A stretch of 64,000 nucleotides of DNA from a virus (Duplodnaviria > Caudoviricetes). Positions within the stretch are counted from its first letter, which is position 1, and each line of letters starts with the position of its first letter. The notes beneath the pieces were generated by a model, which was given only the letters and a program-made list of their open reading frames with translations, had not been told where the DNA came from and ran no database searches. Positions 28,748 through 39,594 of the stretch are shown here, piece after piece. Position numbers and translations under genes: made by a program. The DNA is taken from the IMG/VR virus record IMGVR_UViG_3300020399_000132, positions 1-64,000 of that record. The stretch is one strand, 5' to 3'.

Positions 28748-29605
28748 TTAATCGGGGACAGCTATCCTATACTTCATATTCCACTTTGAAAAAGTATCCA
28801 CTATTGAGACAGAATATCCTAAACTAGCAAAAAGATTATTAACCGTAGTAATATTTATATTGAAAGGTTCATTTGCTTTATCTGTACCGGGACCAAAATT
28901 AACAGAATCTGATGCATGACCATAATAACCCATTTGATCTTCGTATACTTGGTATATTATAGCGGGCCTGTGTGTTTGTATAGTATTAATGGCTCCCATA
29001 ATAGCAAGATATTCACTACCATTAGTATGTAAATTAATTAAATCAACATCGGAGAACTCATGTTCATCAATTTCTTTCATTGGAAGAGTAGCATCATCCG
29101 GAAGAGTATATTTAGCCGCATTTGCTGCTATATCATTTCTGACAAATCTAAAAGAACTATGGTCAGCGTCATCAGTTAATTCTATGAGACCTAACTCGCC
29201 CCCTTTATACTGTCCTCCCATTGAACCATCTTTTAAAAATACGTTCACATTATATTCCTGACCATCCGACAGAGCAATTTGTTTACTAAATCGGTGTGAA
29301 ATAATAACTTTGTATATTTCTATATTGGATAGGCTTTCGGTATTTTTCTGAAAACAATCAATGTTAGATGCAGAAGGTTCAAATGCTTGCACTATGTTGA
29401 AATCTTTACTCAATACAGTTGACCAGGCCCCCGTATATGCTCCAATATCTATTGCTGTTCTTTTATTAGATAAATTTAAATCATCTAATATTTTCTGATG
29501 AAGACTAAGAGACGCATCATTATCTCCAATGGGAAAGTCATCAGCTAGCTTGTCTCTAAGTGCTGTATCGTCTTCGTGTCTATACCATCCGTTATCTTTT
29601 ATCAT
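28748..29605 (-). CDS. FkbM-family SAM-dependent methyltransferase
   Basis: AIDIGAYTG.W, AFEP; degenerate KxDxEG motif (NLHTNGSE). Confidence 0.75.
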   Translation of the reverse strand: MIKDNGWYRHEDDTALRDKLADDFPIGDNDASLSLHQKILDDLNLSNKRTAIDIGAYTGAWSTVLSKDFNIVQAFEPSASNIDCFQKNTESLSNIEIYKVIISHRFSKQIALSDGQEYNVNVFLKDGSMGGQYKGGELGLIELTDDADHSSFRFVRNDIAANAAKYTLPDDATLPMKEIDEHEFSDVDLINLHTNGSEYLAIMGAINTIQTHRPAIIYQVYEDQMGYYGHASDSVNFGPGTDKANEPFNINITTVNNLFASLGYSVSIVDTFSKWNMKYRIAVPD

Positions 29606-29620
29606 TTAATTCCCTTTTGA

Positions 29621-30700
29621 TTAATAAGAATTGAACGCTGGAATTCTTTCATCAGTATATCCTAAAATATTGTTCATTTCATTAATTTCTTTTATATATT
29701 GTGATTTCCATGGTTCTTTTAAATATAGACTATCAACTCTTTGAATATATCTTAAATTATGTTGGATCCTATATCCTAATCTGCCAGTAGATAAATCTCC
29801 TTGACGCCTATGTAGAGAAATAGTATTATCAAGAAAAATTAAATCACTGGACTTATACCAATGATCGTAAATATATTTATCTACTAATAATGTTTTATTT
29901 ATATTATCGGTTATTTTTTTAAATTCAGAATCAGTCGCGCCTTTAATTCCGGCAACAGTGCTGGTAATAGTATAATGTAAACCCTTTATTCCGCCGGGAG
30001 ACTGCATAACCATGGGCAGTTCACTTCTTTCGGGGCACATATTATTTTTAATTATTACTTGTTGTTCATCTTCCGATAATTCGGGAGTAAATCTATTTTT
30101 AGTAAAATCATGAATGAGAATCATATCATCGAGCTCACTTCTAAAAGATTCTGTCTGTTCTTCATACCAATCGGCCGTAGTCAAAAACCCGGTAGAGGAT
30201 CCTATGACATCTGCATATCCATAAAAAGATACGCTAGGCGCGAATAAAAAATTGCCGGATTCATTAGCATGCCAAAGCAGGTCTCCATCGGGAAACATTC
30301 CCATAAAATCACCATTGGAATCTCTTCTAGATGTTACTCTAACTGCTGCAGCTTTTTCCTTATCTATATCGGTAGCCTTAATCTTATCTACTGCTCTAAA
30401 CCATTGCTTCTCTTCATCAGTTAAGTTTAATTTCGACATATTTTCAGCAAATTGAAAAACATCTGCGAACCCATATTTTTTGGTAATATTAAATAAAAAA
30501 GTACTAGTGCCATCGCCCCATTTCAAGGTTAGCTCTTCGAATTGTGGTAAAGTAAAATCACAATTGCGTATTATAATTACTAAATTGTCCAAATATAAAG
30601 TGGCGATTTCACTCCATAATTCTGGGGTAATATCTTTATAATATAGATCATCTATGAATAGGCCAAATCTTCCTAATCCAGGAATTTTACTTGTTTTCAT
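29621..30700 (-). CDS. TauD/TfdA-like 2OG-Fe(II) dioxygenase
   Basis: WHANE, Y.H.W...DLIFLDN...HRR. Confidence 0.75.
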   Translation of the reverse strand: MKTSKIPGLGRFGLFIDDLYYKDITPELWSEIATLYLDNLVIIIRNCDFTLPQFEELTLKWGDGTSTFLFNITKKYGFADVFQFAENMSKLNLTDEEKQWFRAVDKIKATDIDKEKAAAVRVTSRRDSNGDFMGMFPDGDLLWHANESGNFLFAPSVSFYGYADVIGSSTGFLTTADWYEEQTESFRSELDDMILIHDFTKNRFTPELSEDEQQVIIKNNMCPERSELPMVMQSPGGIKGLHYTITSTVAGIKGATDSEFKKITDNINKTLLVDKYIYDHWYKSSDLIFLDNTISLHRRQGDLSTGRLGYRIQHNLRYIQRVDSLYLKEPWKSQYIKEINEMNNILGYTDERIPAFNSY

Positions 30701-30707
30701 ATATTTT

Positions 30708-31724
30708 TTAAAATTGAGTAGTGTGGCTCATAATATTGTTTGTTGTTTCGTCTATTTCTTCTGAGGACATAAACTTTGATTCTAAGTGAGACCAATACCA
30801 TTGATAATCTGTACTGTCCCAATCTTCATATATTTCATCCCACGTATACTCGGTCATATGAGGTATAAAAAAATAATCTGCTAAAGGATCAGATAATGGT
30901 ATAAATCTAAAATCAGCAGAAAGTCTTAAATGATTCGTTGTATTGGTTGTACTAAAATGGGTAGTCAGATTATGAAAAAAGAATACATCGCCGCTTTCAA
31001 AATCATTGGTTAACCATTCATGATCATCTTTTTTTAGTTTAAAAGTTATCTGATCGGATTGGTCATAAAATCTATCTTCATTTGGAATAAAACCCAAATT
31101 TAAATGACTATCCTTCGCAGTTACTATAACACCCTTATCCATGGGAGTATCGCCTAATGGGACCCACGCGGTCCACATATTTTGCGCAACTCCGGAATAC
31201 CAAAAATCCTGATGTAATTTAGAAAATTCACCATTATTTTTAAAAAATCTAAAAAGTACTCTAGGCAATAAAACAAATTCTTCGCCATACATATGAGAAA
31301 ATAATTTAAGTACAGAAGGTTCTTTATGTAAATATTCATTAAAAGATTGTAATTTAACGCATTTTTCCCAAAATGCATGTGGCCCAGATCCGGAATTAAC
31401 ATCTACATCATCGCGTAAAATATCATCTTTTAATAATAAATTTTGTTCATTACATATACGCAAAACATCATCCCTTAAAGATATGTTTCTTTCTACATCC
31501 ACTATTCCTTTTATATATAAGTAACCGTCTAACTTAGCCCTTTTTTTAATCTCGTCAAAATCGCCATCATGAAATGCCTCACTGGAATCTGTATATGGAG
31601 ACATATCATAATCATTAATATCACCAGACCAATCATTATGAACGGTTTCATATAAACCATGCATTACAGCGCTGTCCGTAGCATTATGTTGAATTCGTTT
31701 TTCTACGTCATGCATAGATTTCAT
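30708..31724 (-). CDS. phytanoyl-CoA dioxygenase (PhyH)-like 2OG-Fe(II) oxygenase
   Basis: DGYL, HQD, WVPLGD, GDVFFFH..T.H, RLS.D.RF. Confidence 0.85.
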   Translation of the reverse strand: MKSMHDVEKRIQHNATDSAVMHGLYETVHNDWSGDINDYDMSPYTDSSEAFHDGDFDEIKKRAKLDGYLYIKGIVDVERNISLRDDVLRICNEQNLLLKDDILRDDVDVNSGSGPHAFWEKCVKLQSFNEYLHKEPSVLKLFSHMYGEEFVLLPRVLFRFFKNNGEFSKLHQDFWYSGVAQNMWTAWVPLGDTPMDKGVIVTAKDSHLNLGFIPNEDRFYDQSDQITFKLKKDDHEWLTNDFESGDVFFFHNLTTHFSTTNTTNHLRLSADFRFIPLSDPLADYFFIPHMTEYTWDEIYEDWDSTDYQWYWSHLESKFMSSEEIDETTNNIMSHTTQF

Positions 31725-33537
31725 TCCTCTCCGCCAATCCGGATTGCTCCGTGATATTTTTTGTTACATCTCGATAGTAAAAATCCGAATCGGATTTAGA
31801 TTTTATCATTTCAATCACCTCGGCGAACTGTTCATCATTTAAAGTATTTATATATGCTTCAGAAATAAATGTTGTGACATCGTGGAAAAAAAACATATGA
31901 TGTTCCTTGAAAAATTTAACATCTTGAAATTTTAAAGATTTCATATCATATGCAAAATAACTCTTGTTTATTAAAGACTCCAATTCTGAATATCTTTCAT
32001 GTATTATTCCATGAGAATTAATAATATATGTTTGCAATTTTTTAAAAACTTCAACTAGTGGAACATTGATACATTTGCTTATATAACTTACAACGTCTTT
32101 TAGAATAATATGATACCAAAAACATTCTATTATCCAATAAAACATCCAACACTTAATAACATCAGATTCTGACATTGAAGCGGTTTCTACTATTATATCA
32201 GCATATTCTAAATGTTCATTTTTATATTTGTCTAAGCTGGTATATATACGCCTCTCGGAAAATTCCTTACTTACAAAATAATTATATGGCATATTTCTAA
32301 CTTTGATTTTATATTTTTTTTGATATTCCGGCGCACCAAATTCGGAATTAGGAAGAACCATGGCTGGATATATCATCCCATCAGACGAATCATTTTGTAA
32401 AAAATATTCCCAATCAGAAATAAAACTATTATATGTCATTCCCGGTAAAGGAATTATAAGTTCAACTTCAAAAGGCACATCATTTTGCTTTTGATTATCT
32501 ACTATTAGATCTAGATCAGCTATGCTTAAATTATCTCGCCTAATATTAGCTAATGTATCATGATCAAAACTTTGTATAGCTACTCTGGGCGATGGTGTTT
32601 TATCAAAGGGTAATGCCTCTCTGATTAATTTCTGAATTTCCGCAACTCCATTTTTTTTCGGTGGCGTCTTGGCATACCCTAAGGTTGGAAAAAATTCAGG
32701 ATAGCCCTCTTTTTTGTAAACATCAACCAAATGTTGCACGAGTTCAATATCTCTTTTTTTAAATATACCAAAATTTGCATCAGATATCCACATTGCAAAC
32801 ATTTTTTTATCCGCAATGTATGTAATTTCATCCTTACACCGATCTATATCAAATATTTTTACTTTTTGATAAGTTAATCCTCCCCAATCACAAAAAGAAC
32901 ATCTAAAGGGGCATCCTCTATTAGATTCCCATGTAGCATGGAATTTTACATTGGGATGATCTGTCATTAATTTTTCAAAAAATCCAGTGAGATAAGGACT
33001 TGGTATTACATCAAGATCTTTCATTCTAGGATGGGAAGAAGTTCTCAGAATATCATTAGTATCATTTAATATGATCCCATTTATTTTAGAATAGTCTGGA
33101 ATATCATTAATTCCTTCTAATAAAACATTTTCAAAAATTTCTTCGCCTTCATTTACAACAGCAATATCAATATATGGGTGATCTTTAAACCACTTATCCT
33201 GTTTAATTGGTATATGAGGACCGCCAACAATAATAAGACAATTAGGATATAGTTCTTTAATTTTTTTTGCTATAATACATTGAAAGCTTGTATTCCAAAC
33301 ATAACAGCAAAATGCTACCACATCTGGATGATCTAAGGAATCTAATATATCATTTAAAGGTTCCCTAAACACAATAGTGTCTTTAAGAATATAATTATTT
33401 TTAATCAATTCATTGCGGTAAGCATATTCCCACAATACCCCTGCCGTATAAGGCAAGAAGGCCCACTCACATTCTGACATGCCCCCTATAGTTTCGTCAG
33501 CAGGGGTTATTTGACACATGTATAAATTTTTATTCAT
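31708..33537 (-). CDS. cobalamin-dependent radical SAM enzyme
   Basis: B12-binding N-terminal domain (YVWN, IIVGGPH, GE), PSPYL.G, RGCPFRCSFCDWG, DANFG. Confidence 0.92.
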   Translation of the reverse strand: MNKNLYMCQITPADETIGGMSECEWAFLPYTAGVLWEYAYRNELIKNNYILKDTIVFREPLNDILDSLDHPDVVAFCCYVWNTSFQCIIAKKIKELYPNCLIIVGGPHIPIKQDKWFKDHPYIDIAVVNEGEEIFENVLLEGINDIPDYSKINGIILNDTNDILRTSSHPRMKDLDVIPSPYLTGFFEKLMTDHPNVKFHATWESNRGCPFRCSFCDWGGLTYQKVKIFDIDRCKDEITYIADKKMFAMWISDANFGIFKKRDIELVQHLVDVYKKEGYPEFFPTLGYAKTPPKKNGVAEIQKLIREALPFDKTPSPRVAIQSFDHDTLANIRRDNLSIADLDLIVDNQKQNDVPFEVELIIPLPGMTYNSFISDWEYFLQNDSSDGMIYPAMVLPNSEFGAPEYQKKYKIKVRNMPYNYFVSKEFSERRIYTSLDKYKNEHLEYADIIVETASMSESDVIKCWMFYWIIECFWYHIILKDVVSYISKCINVPLVEVFKKLQTYIINSHGIIHERYSELESLINKSYFAYDMKSLKFQDVKFFKEHHMFFFHDVTTFISEAYINTLNDEQFAEVIEMIKSKSDSDFYYRDVTKNITEQSGLAERNEIYA

Positions 33538-34460
33538 TGCAATGTATCATTAAAATCTATTTTTATAGTTGCATGATTATCATGAACGGCGCTGGATAAC
33601 GATTCATCCGGAACAATATTTAAATTATATCTATCCCAATAAAAACATTTTGATTTATCTTTAAAATTTGAATATATATCTTTCCATTCCAAATCTTTAG
33701 AATGTGTATCAAAAAATAAATCAAAAAATCTCTCATCTATGGGTTGGTATCTAACGTCTAAGGTACTCCGAACTTTAGATGATATATTATGATTGTTTCC
33801 ATGTTGAGTGAGGACATTGAACATTAAAAAATCTCCTGTTTGAAAATTATCAGAAACCCATTCTTCAAAGTTAGTTGGATGAAATGCAATCATCTGATTT
33901 TTTTCATGAAAATATCTTTGTTCTGGAGGAATTTCTCCAAGAATATGAGATTGAGAATTTATTTTCATGGTACCAAGCTCTATAGGAACGTCTCCAAAAG
34001 GAACCCATATCGTCCACAAATCATTTGACATTCCAGCATACCAATGATCTTGATGTGGTAATGTTGTCAATCTGGGATTATTAGGAAAAATTGTCCTTTG
34101 AACTAATCTGGGTATAGGTATGCAATCTTTGCCAGTAATTATTTTCATTACATCATAAAACATTTTTTGATGCATATATGAATGTAAATCTTCCAGATAA
34201 TTAATATCAGTAAAATATTCATCCGGCCCCACTCCGCCCGCATAAAACATATCTTGAAAATCTGTATTAAAATCTCCAGTTTCATCAATATAATTATATT
34301 TTAATAAAATTTCGTCTATTTGACGTTTAACATTTAAATTCTCTTCTACATCTAAACATTGTTTGAAAAAAAGATATCCATACTCATCTGCAAAATTTTT
34401 AATTTCTGAAACATTTCCATTTTTCCAATGCTCACTACAATCTATGAATTTTTTTACCAT
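33534..34460 (-). CDS. PhyH-like 2OG-Fe(II) oxygenase
   Basis: GYLFF, HQD, WVPFGD, GDFLMF...T.H, RS.LD.RY; paralog of 30708-31724. Confidence 0.85.
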   Translation of the reverse strand: MVKKFIDCSEHWKNGNVSEIKNFADEYGYLFFKQCLDVEENLNVKRQIDEILLKYNYIDETGDFNTDFQDMFYAGGVGPDEYFTDINYLEDLHSYMHQKMFYDVMKIITGKDCIPIPRLVQRTIFPNNPRLTTLPHQDHWYAGMSNDLWTIWVPFGDVPIELGTMKINSQSHILGEIPPEQRYFHEKNQMIAFHPTNFEEWVSDNFQTGDFLMFNVLTQHGNNHNISSKVRSTLDVRYQPIDERFFDLFFDTHSKDLEWKDIYSNFKDKSKCFYWDRYNLNIVPDESLSSAVHDNHATIKIDFNDTLQ

Positions 34461-35149
34461 AAAACATCCAGTGCTCGAGGATTCAATGATATAAAAAACT
34501 GATATACATCATCAGCAAAGGCTAGCCCTTCGTGAGGTTTAATGGAATCATGTAAATAAAACCGGCCTTGTTCTATATGCGATTCGCTTACCATTTTACC
34601 ATCTTTTTCATAACGTATAACCATGCCGTCGGGATTAGTAGTGCCCCATAATTTAATCCATTGTGTTGGATGCCATGTATCTATATGTTTTTTAAAATGG
34701 CCCAAATAATCCCATTTGAGTATGCAGCTTCTATACATATAAGGCGATAATTCACTTAATGCAGATAGGCTAGAAATCTTTAATGCATCGGTTGGCACTT
34801 TAAAATGTTTTTCATTCACAATGCTGTCCATATCAATTTCCCGAGAATTCCATTCTTTCCATTTAATTAGATGATCATCTGTCCATTCTTTATATTTAAA
34901 TTGTGGATATTCTAATAAAAAATTCCATCTATCTAATGGATAACACGCAGGGTCATCTTTTTTAAAAATACCATCTTCATTGATTAAAGGAACCGCGGAT
35001 CTTGGAAATTCTAGGTGAACATCTCCCCACGGTAGAAAATTAAATTTGGATATTTCTTTTACAAATATTTCACTATCTATTTTTAACTTTGTGGGAACTA
35101 AATTTTGGGTATGATATGTGTAATATTCTTTTTCCGTTAAGACTTCCAT
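34454..35149 (-). CDS. putative cupin/2OG-Fe(II) oxygenase (Asp/Asn hydroxylase-like)
   Basis: GHF..HID, GRFY..D...PH. Confidence 0.55.
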   Translation of the reverse strand: MEVLTEKEYYTYHTQNLVPTKLKIDSEIFVKEISKFNFLPWGDVHLEFPRSAVPLINEDGIFKKDDPACYPLDRWNFLLEYPQFKYKEWTDDHLIKWKEWNSREIDMDSIVNEKHFKVPTDALKISSLSALSELSPYMYRSCILKWDYLGHFKKHIDTWHPTQWIKLWGTTNPDGMVIRYEKDGKMVSESHIEQGRFYLHDSIKPHEGLAFADDVYQFFISLNPRALDVLW

Positions 35150-35757
35150 GTATCATTCTTTATCTGAGTTGATCTAGTCAAAAATTCTCCTGTGTCAAGG
35201 TCAAATGTATCACCTGTATTTACACCATCAACAAATAATGTATCTTCGTGTTCCAAATAATATGGTGATTCTTGAAAATTAAAAATAGAATTATTTGACA
35301 TCATTACGGGCGGAATACATTCTGTTGAGCCATATATGTTCCAAATCTTTTCCGCGCCAGTTGCTTTCATTAATGAAATATCTTCATCGGTAACTGGAGC
35401 AGAGCCTGTAGAAAAATTTTTAACAAATTCAAGATTTGGTTTTCTTCTTTTAACAAGAATCCTCCATGTTCCAACTGCTAATGTAAGAACTGTTGGTTTA
35501 ACTTCTTCTACAACATCCCAGAATTTCAAAGGTTCCATTTTAATATTTACTATTTCACAATGTGTAATTTTTGCAGGTATTATACAAAACGCCCAACTTG
35601 CTATAGTCCATGTCGGAAAGGGATTTAGGATAACATCTCGATTATCTATTCCCCATTTTTCAACTAACCAATTTCCTGCTTTATAAAAATCCCCCATGTG
35701 GTGCGTAACTTTTTTTTGTTTTCCTGTGGAGCCGCTACTATACATAGATATTTTCAT
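35137..35757 (-). CDS. minimal ANL-superfamily adenylation (AMP-binding) protein
   Basis: YSSGSTGKQKKV.H P-loop, GSAP, YGSTE, TGD; only 206 aa. Confidence 0.78.
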   Translation of the reverse strand: MKISMYSSGSTGKQKKVTHHMGDFYKAGNWLVEKWGIDNRDVILNPFPTWTIASWAFCIIPAKITHCEIVNIKMEPLKFWDVVEEVKPTVLTLAVGTWRILVKRRKPNLEFVKNFSTGSAPVTDEDISLMKATGAEKIWNIYGSTECIPPVMMSNNSIFNFQESPYYLEHEDTLFVDGVNTGDTFDLDTGEFLTRSTQIKNDTWKS

Positions 35758-37952
35758 AAATTATATCTCCAAATATTTTGTTTTACGTTATTAAATATTT
35801 TGCATTCTACTAAATCCACAATACCTTTTTGGGATAACTTTTTCATAATGTTTGAAAATTTATAACTCCTGACACCGGTTTTAGAATCTACATTATTTGT
35901 TAAATAATATGGACCGACACCACCAGTAATTTCCTTTTGGATGTTTATATGGCTCCATTGATACGAACTTTGTGTAATATCTCTCGATACTTTTTTTACA
36001 TATCCAGGAAGAGAAGCGCCTCTGAATAATAAGCGGTATCCTTTTAATTCTTCCTCCCATTTAACCCCACTCATAGAAATTAAAGTTGAACCTATAAAAG
36101 TTCCCACCCATTTGGCTTCATTATATTTGATACTTTTTAAACTCACATTATTATTGTATCTTGAATATGAACATTCAACTAAAAATTCCAATATTATCAG
36201 TAAATCATCATCATTTAATAATCTATTCCCACATACCATACTACTTCCAAACCGGTTCGGATGCAGCCGACCATAACCCGCACTTAAATTATATATATGT
36301 TTATTAAAATATATGGATATAAAATTTTCAATGTCCTTTAAAACTAAAATAATATTTTGTCGAAGATACTTGATGGAACGTGTATTATCAACCACATGAT
36401 CATAGTCATCATATGTATTATGAATATTATTTTTTATTTGATTATATAATACGCCTATGGTTGTTGTTTGCATATCTTGAAACTTGGAAGTGATGAATAT
36501 CGGATCACTTTCTAAATAATCTTGAAATTTAACAAAAAAATCTTTTAATGTAACTTCATCTTTTAAATAATCATAATATATGTATTTTAATATTCGTTGT
36601 TCTCCAAACCAAAAATTCATAACAATCCATGCGAACATCCAGCCTTTAACAACATCTTCATAAGACATAGATTTCAAAGAAGTAATTATTTCACATTCTT
36701 CCATGTCGACATTAAAAGGGATAATTTTTGTTTTTATTTTAAAACGTTCCCTATAAGATTTATCATTAAGTTCCGCGTTAGGTAAAATCAAACAAGGATA
36801 TACGTTTATTTTTAATTTTTTAACAGGCATTAACGCGGATAACTCATCAACCCACCCATCATACGTAGTACCTGGTAAGGGGTATATTAATTCAACTTCT
36901 CTCTCTGTAGAATCCATCTTATCTGCATTGACAATGCTCATATTTTTTCTTTTAATATTAGATAAAACTTCTGGATTGGTAGATTGTAAAGCTACTCTAG
37001 GAACAGTATTATTATTCTCAACACCCTCTAATAATCGTTGTTGTATTTGTAATGAAGAATTTTTACTTGGTGGTGTTTTTGCATAACCTGAGTGTGCTAT
37101 TTTTTTGGGATAGCCTGTGGCTTCATGATATCCCACTGCCTTATCTATTATATTATAATCTCTTTCTTTAAATATGCCCAAATTACTATTTGTGAACCAA
37201 AGATAATTTATTTTATTACGACTAACCCATTCGAATTCTTTAAATAATCGCGGCTCATCAAATTTTATCATTTTTTGTGCAGTTAAACTACCCCAATCAC
37301 AAAAAGTACATTTAAATGGACAACCTCTATCCATCTCAACGGTAGCGTGAAAATTAACCGAAGGATTTTTTAATATAATATTATTAAAAAGACCCGACAA
37401 ATATGGACTAGGGATTGTATTAATATCTTTAATTCTGGAAGCCGGCTTCGTTTTAAAAATTTTATTATTTTTTCTAAAAATAAGACCCGGTATCTCAGAA
37501 AAATCTTTTTTATTAAAATATTCTAATAAAATTTGTTCAAAGACTTTTTCTCCTTCTCCCACAACACCAATATCTACATAGTCATGCGAATTATACCATT
37601 TGCTATCATTAGAATTAGGCACATGTGGTCCGCCACAAATAATCAAACAATTAGGATACTTTTTTTTTATTTTTTTTAATATATAAAGGTGCTTATTAGA
37701 ATTCCACATATAATTACTAGTAGCAACTATATCTGGTTGTCCCATATTATCAATATAATAATCTAAATTATCTATATTAAACACTAAATCTTTTAATATA
37801 AAATTATCGGATATTATTTTATTTTGTAAACAATAAGACCAAAGAAGGCCGACGGAATATGGTAAAAATGCCGATTTATTACTTGACATTTCAGTGCCAG
37901 TTGAAGAGTCTATTAAAGGAGCCGTTAATTGTAATAGATATATATTTTTCAT
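35754..37952 (-). CDS. cobalamin-dependent radical SAM enzyme with an extra C-terminal domain
   Basis: YMWN, ICGGPH, GEGE, PSPYL.G, RGCPFKCTFCDWG; C-terminal extension absent from the paralog at 31708. Confidence 0.9.
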   Translation of the reverse strand: MKNIYLLQLTAPLIDSSTGTEMSSNKSAFLPYSVGLLWSYCLQNKIISDNFILKDLVFNIDNLDYYIDNMGQPDIVATSNYMWNSNKHLYILKKIKKKYPNCLIICGGPHVPNSNDSKWYNSHDYVDIGVVGEGEKVFEQILLEYFNKKDFSEIPGLIFRKNNKIFKTKPASRIKDINTIPSPYLSGLFNNIILKNPSVNFHATVEMDRGCPFKCTFCDWGSLTAQKMIKFDEPRLFKEFEWVSRNKINYLWFTNSNLGIFKERDYNIIDKAVGYHEATGYPKKIAHSGYAKTPPSKNSSLQIQQRLLEGVENNNTVPRVALQSTNPEVLSNIKRKNMSIVNADKMDSTEREVELIYPLPGTTYDGWVDELSALMPVKKLKINVYPCLILPNAELNDKSYRERFKIKTKIIPFNVDMEECEIITSLKSMSYEDVVKGWMFAWIVMNFWFGEQRILKYIYYDYLKDEVTLKDFFVKFQDYLESDPIFITSKFQDMQTTTIGVLYNQIKNNIHNTYDDYDHVVDNTRSIKYLRQNIILVLKDIENFISIYFNKHIYNLSAGYGRLHPNRFGSSMVCGNRLLNDDDLLIILEFLVECSYSRYNNNVSLKSIKYNEAKWVGTFIGSTLISMSGVKWEEELKGYRLLFRGASLPGYVKKVSRDITQSSYQWSHINIQKEITGGVGPYYLTNNVDSKTGVRSYKFSNIMKKLSQKGIVDLVECKIFNNVKQNIWRYNL

Positions 37953-38962
37953 GCCGCGGCATCATTTAAAAATTTATAAGAATAGTTTTCCCTAAAAAAA
38001 TTAATTTGATATTTGGGTTTATTCAATGTATGATATTTTTTTAAAGATCTCCAATATTCAGTATGATCATTTTTAGAAGAAGTGTAAAACAATTCTAAAA
38101 AATCATATACATGCCGACACAATCTAACATATGAACGATTAAATATTTCCTCTTTATTTTTTTTATATTTTAATTTTTCAATAGTTTCTATCGCCCATGT
38201 TATTAGAAAAAGTCCTGTAGCTTCAAGAGGTTCTGCAAATCCACAACTTAATCCCACAGATACGGTATTCCCCAACCACGGAGTTAAACAATATCTATTA
38301 TTAAAGGGAATGGCGTGAATGTCTTCGGCTTTAACATTACCTACATTTTTATTTTTAAATTCTTCAATGGCATCATTTACACTTATAAAATTATTATTAA
38401 AAACATACCCATTACCACTCCTTGATCTTAAATCTACATTCCACATCCACCCATAATCCATAGCGAAAGTGTTTGTTATAGATTGACAATTAGAATCACC
38501 AGGCGCGAAGAGGGCCATATTATTAGACAGAGTTTTATAAGAACCAAATTGTTTATTTTTAGAAAAATCACTATTGAATCCAGTACAATCTATTACTAGA
38601 TCAGGATTATCCACTTTACATAATCTAGGTCGCGTTATTTCTTCTAGAAGAATAATCATTTTTAACGCATCTAAATGATAAGCATGCATATTATTGGGAA
38701 ACGGGTGTATCCAATCAGTTTTATGCCAACCATGATGTTTAATACCATATTTAATTACGCCGTCACACTTATTAATTACATCATCTTCAGATATTCCACA
38801 ATAATCAAAGAATTTAACTAGTCCAGGTAATGTACTTTCTCCAACACCTATAGGTTTGGAATTTTTAGGAAGTTTTATTTCAACTTTATTAGTTTGGGAT
38901 AAATATGCGGCAGCTAACCAACCGGCGCTTCCACCTCCTAAAATTATTATGTTCATAGACAA
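37949..38962 (-). CDS. flavin-dependent (tryptophan halogenase-like) enzyme, shortened
   Basis: GGGSAGW, IGVGEST, KYGI, DCTGF, GWMW, F.EPLEATG. Confidence 0.85.
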   Translation of the reverse strand: MSMNIIILGGGSAGWLAAAYLSQTNKVEIKLPKNSKPIGVGESTLPGLVKFFDYCGISEDDVINKCDGVIKYGIKHHGWHKTDWIHPFPNNMHAYHLDALKMIILLEEITRPRLCKVDNPDLVIDCTGFNSDFSKNKQFGSYKTLSNNMALFAPGDSNCQSITNTFAMDYGWMWNVDLRSRSGNGYVFNNNFISVNDAIEEFKNKNVGNVKAEDIHAIPFNNRYCLTPWLGNTVSVGLSCGFAEPLEATGLFLITWAIETIEKLKYKKNKEEIFNRSYVRLCRHVYDFLELFYTSSKNDHTEYWRSLKKYHTLNKPKYQINFFRENYSYKFLNDAAA

Positions 38963-39594
38963 AGCTTCGTCCTTCTATAAGTTATATCCCATGACTTAAA
39001 TTCTTGCAATGATTCTATCTTATAACCAAAACTATTTAAATATACTTCAATATCTTCTTCACTATGTCCATACTGTTTTAATTGATGAGGATATGCTTGA
39101 TATACTATTGTAGGTAAATATTTTTCAATAGTTCTTTCTAATCCTAACAATGCTTCATATTCCATACCTTTTATATGCATTTGTATAAAAGTAATATTTT
39201 TAAAATCGAAATCATCAATAACTTTTACTATTACTTCTTCGCCTTCTTCTTCATTTAATTGATAACCTCCATAATTACCTTCTTGATCAGGCTTAGCAAA
39301 TTTTTTGCTTTGTTTAGAAGCTGCGGCAAATGGAAATATTTTTACATCGGGTACATTTTGTCTTAAACATTCACAATTACTTTCTATAGGTTCCCAAGCA
39401 TACACTTCATCAAACTTTTTAGTTAATTGCCTACTCCAAATACCAACATGAGCTCCTACATCAATAGCATTACCCTTAGGTACTGATTTAAGTATTTCTC
39501 TATGAATACTACCATCCATAGGAAAACCGCTTGAATGCATATATTCAAAAAATGAATCATCATCTTGTATGTAAAAGTTGCCTATCTTCTTCAT
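38953..39594 (-). CDS. FkbM-family methyltransferase
   Basis: AIDVGAHVGIW, AWEP; degenerate motif QMHIKGME; ATGA coupling at 39594. Confidence 0.78.
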   Translation of the reverse strand: MKKIGNFYIQDDDSFFEYMHSSGFPMDGSIHREILKSVPKGNAIDVGAHVGIWSRQLTKKFDEVYAWEPIESNCECLRQNVPDVKIFPFAAASKQSKKFAKPDQEGNYGGYQLNEEEGEEVIVKVIDDFDFKNITFIQMHIKGMEYEALLGLERTIEKYLPTIVYQAYPHQLKQYGHSEEDIEVYLNSFGYKIESLQEFKSWDITYRRTKLCL

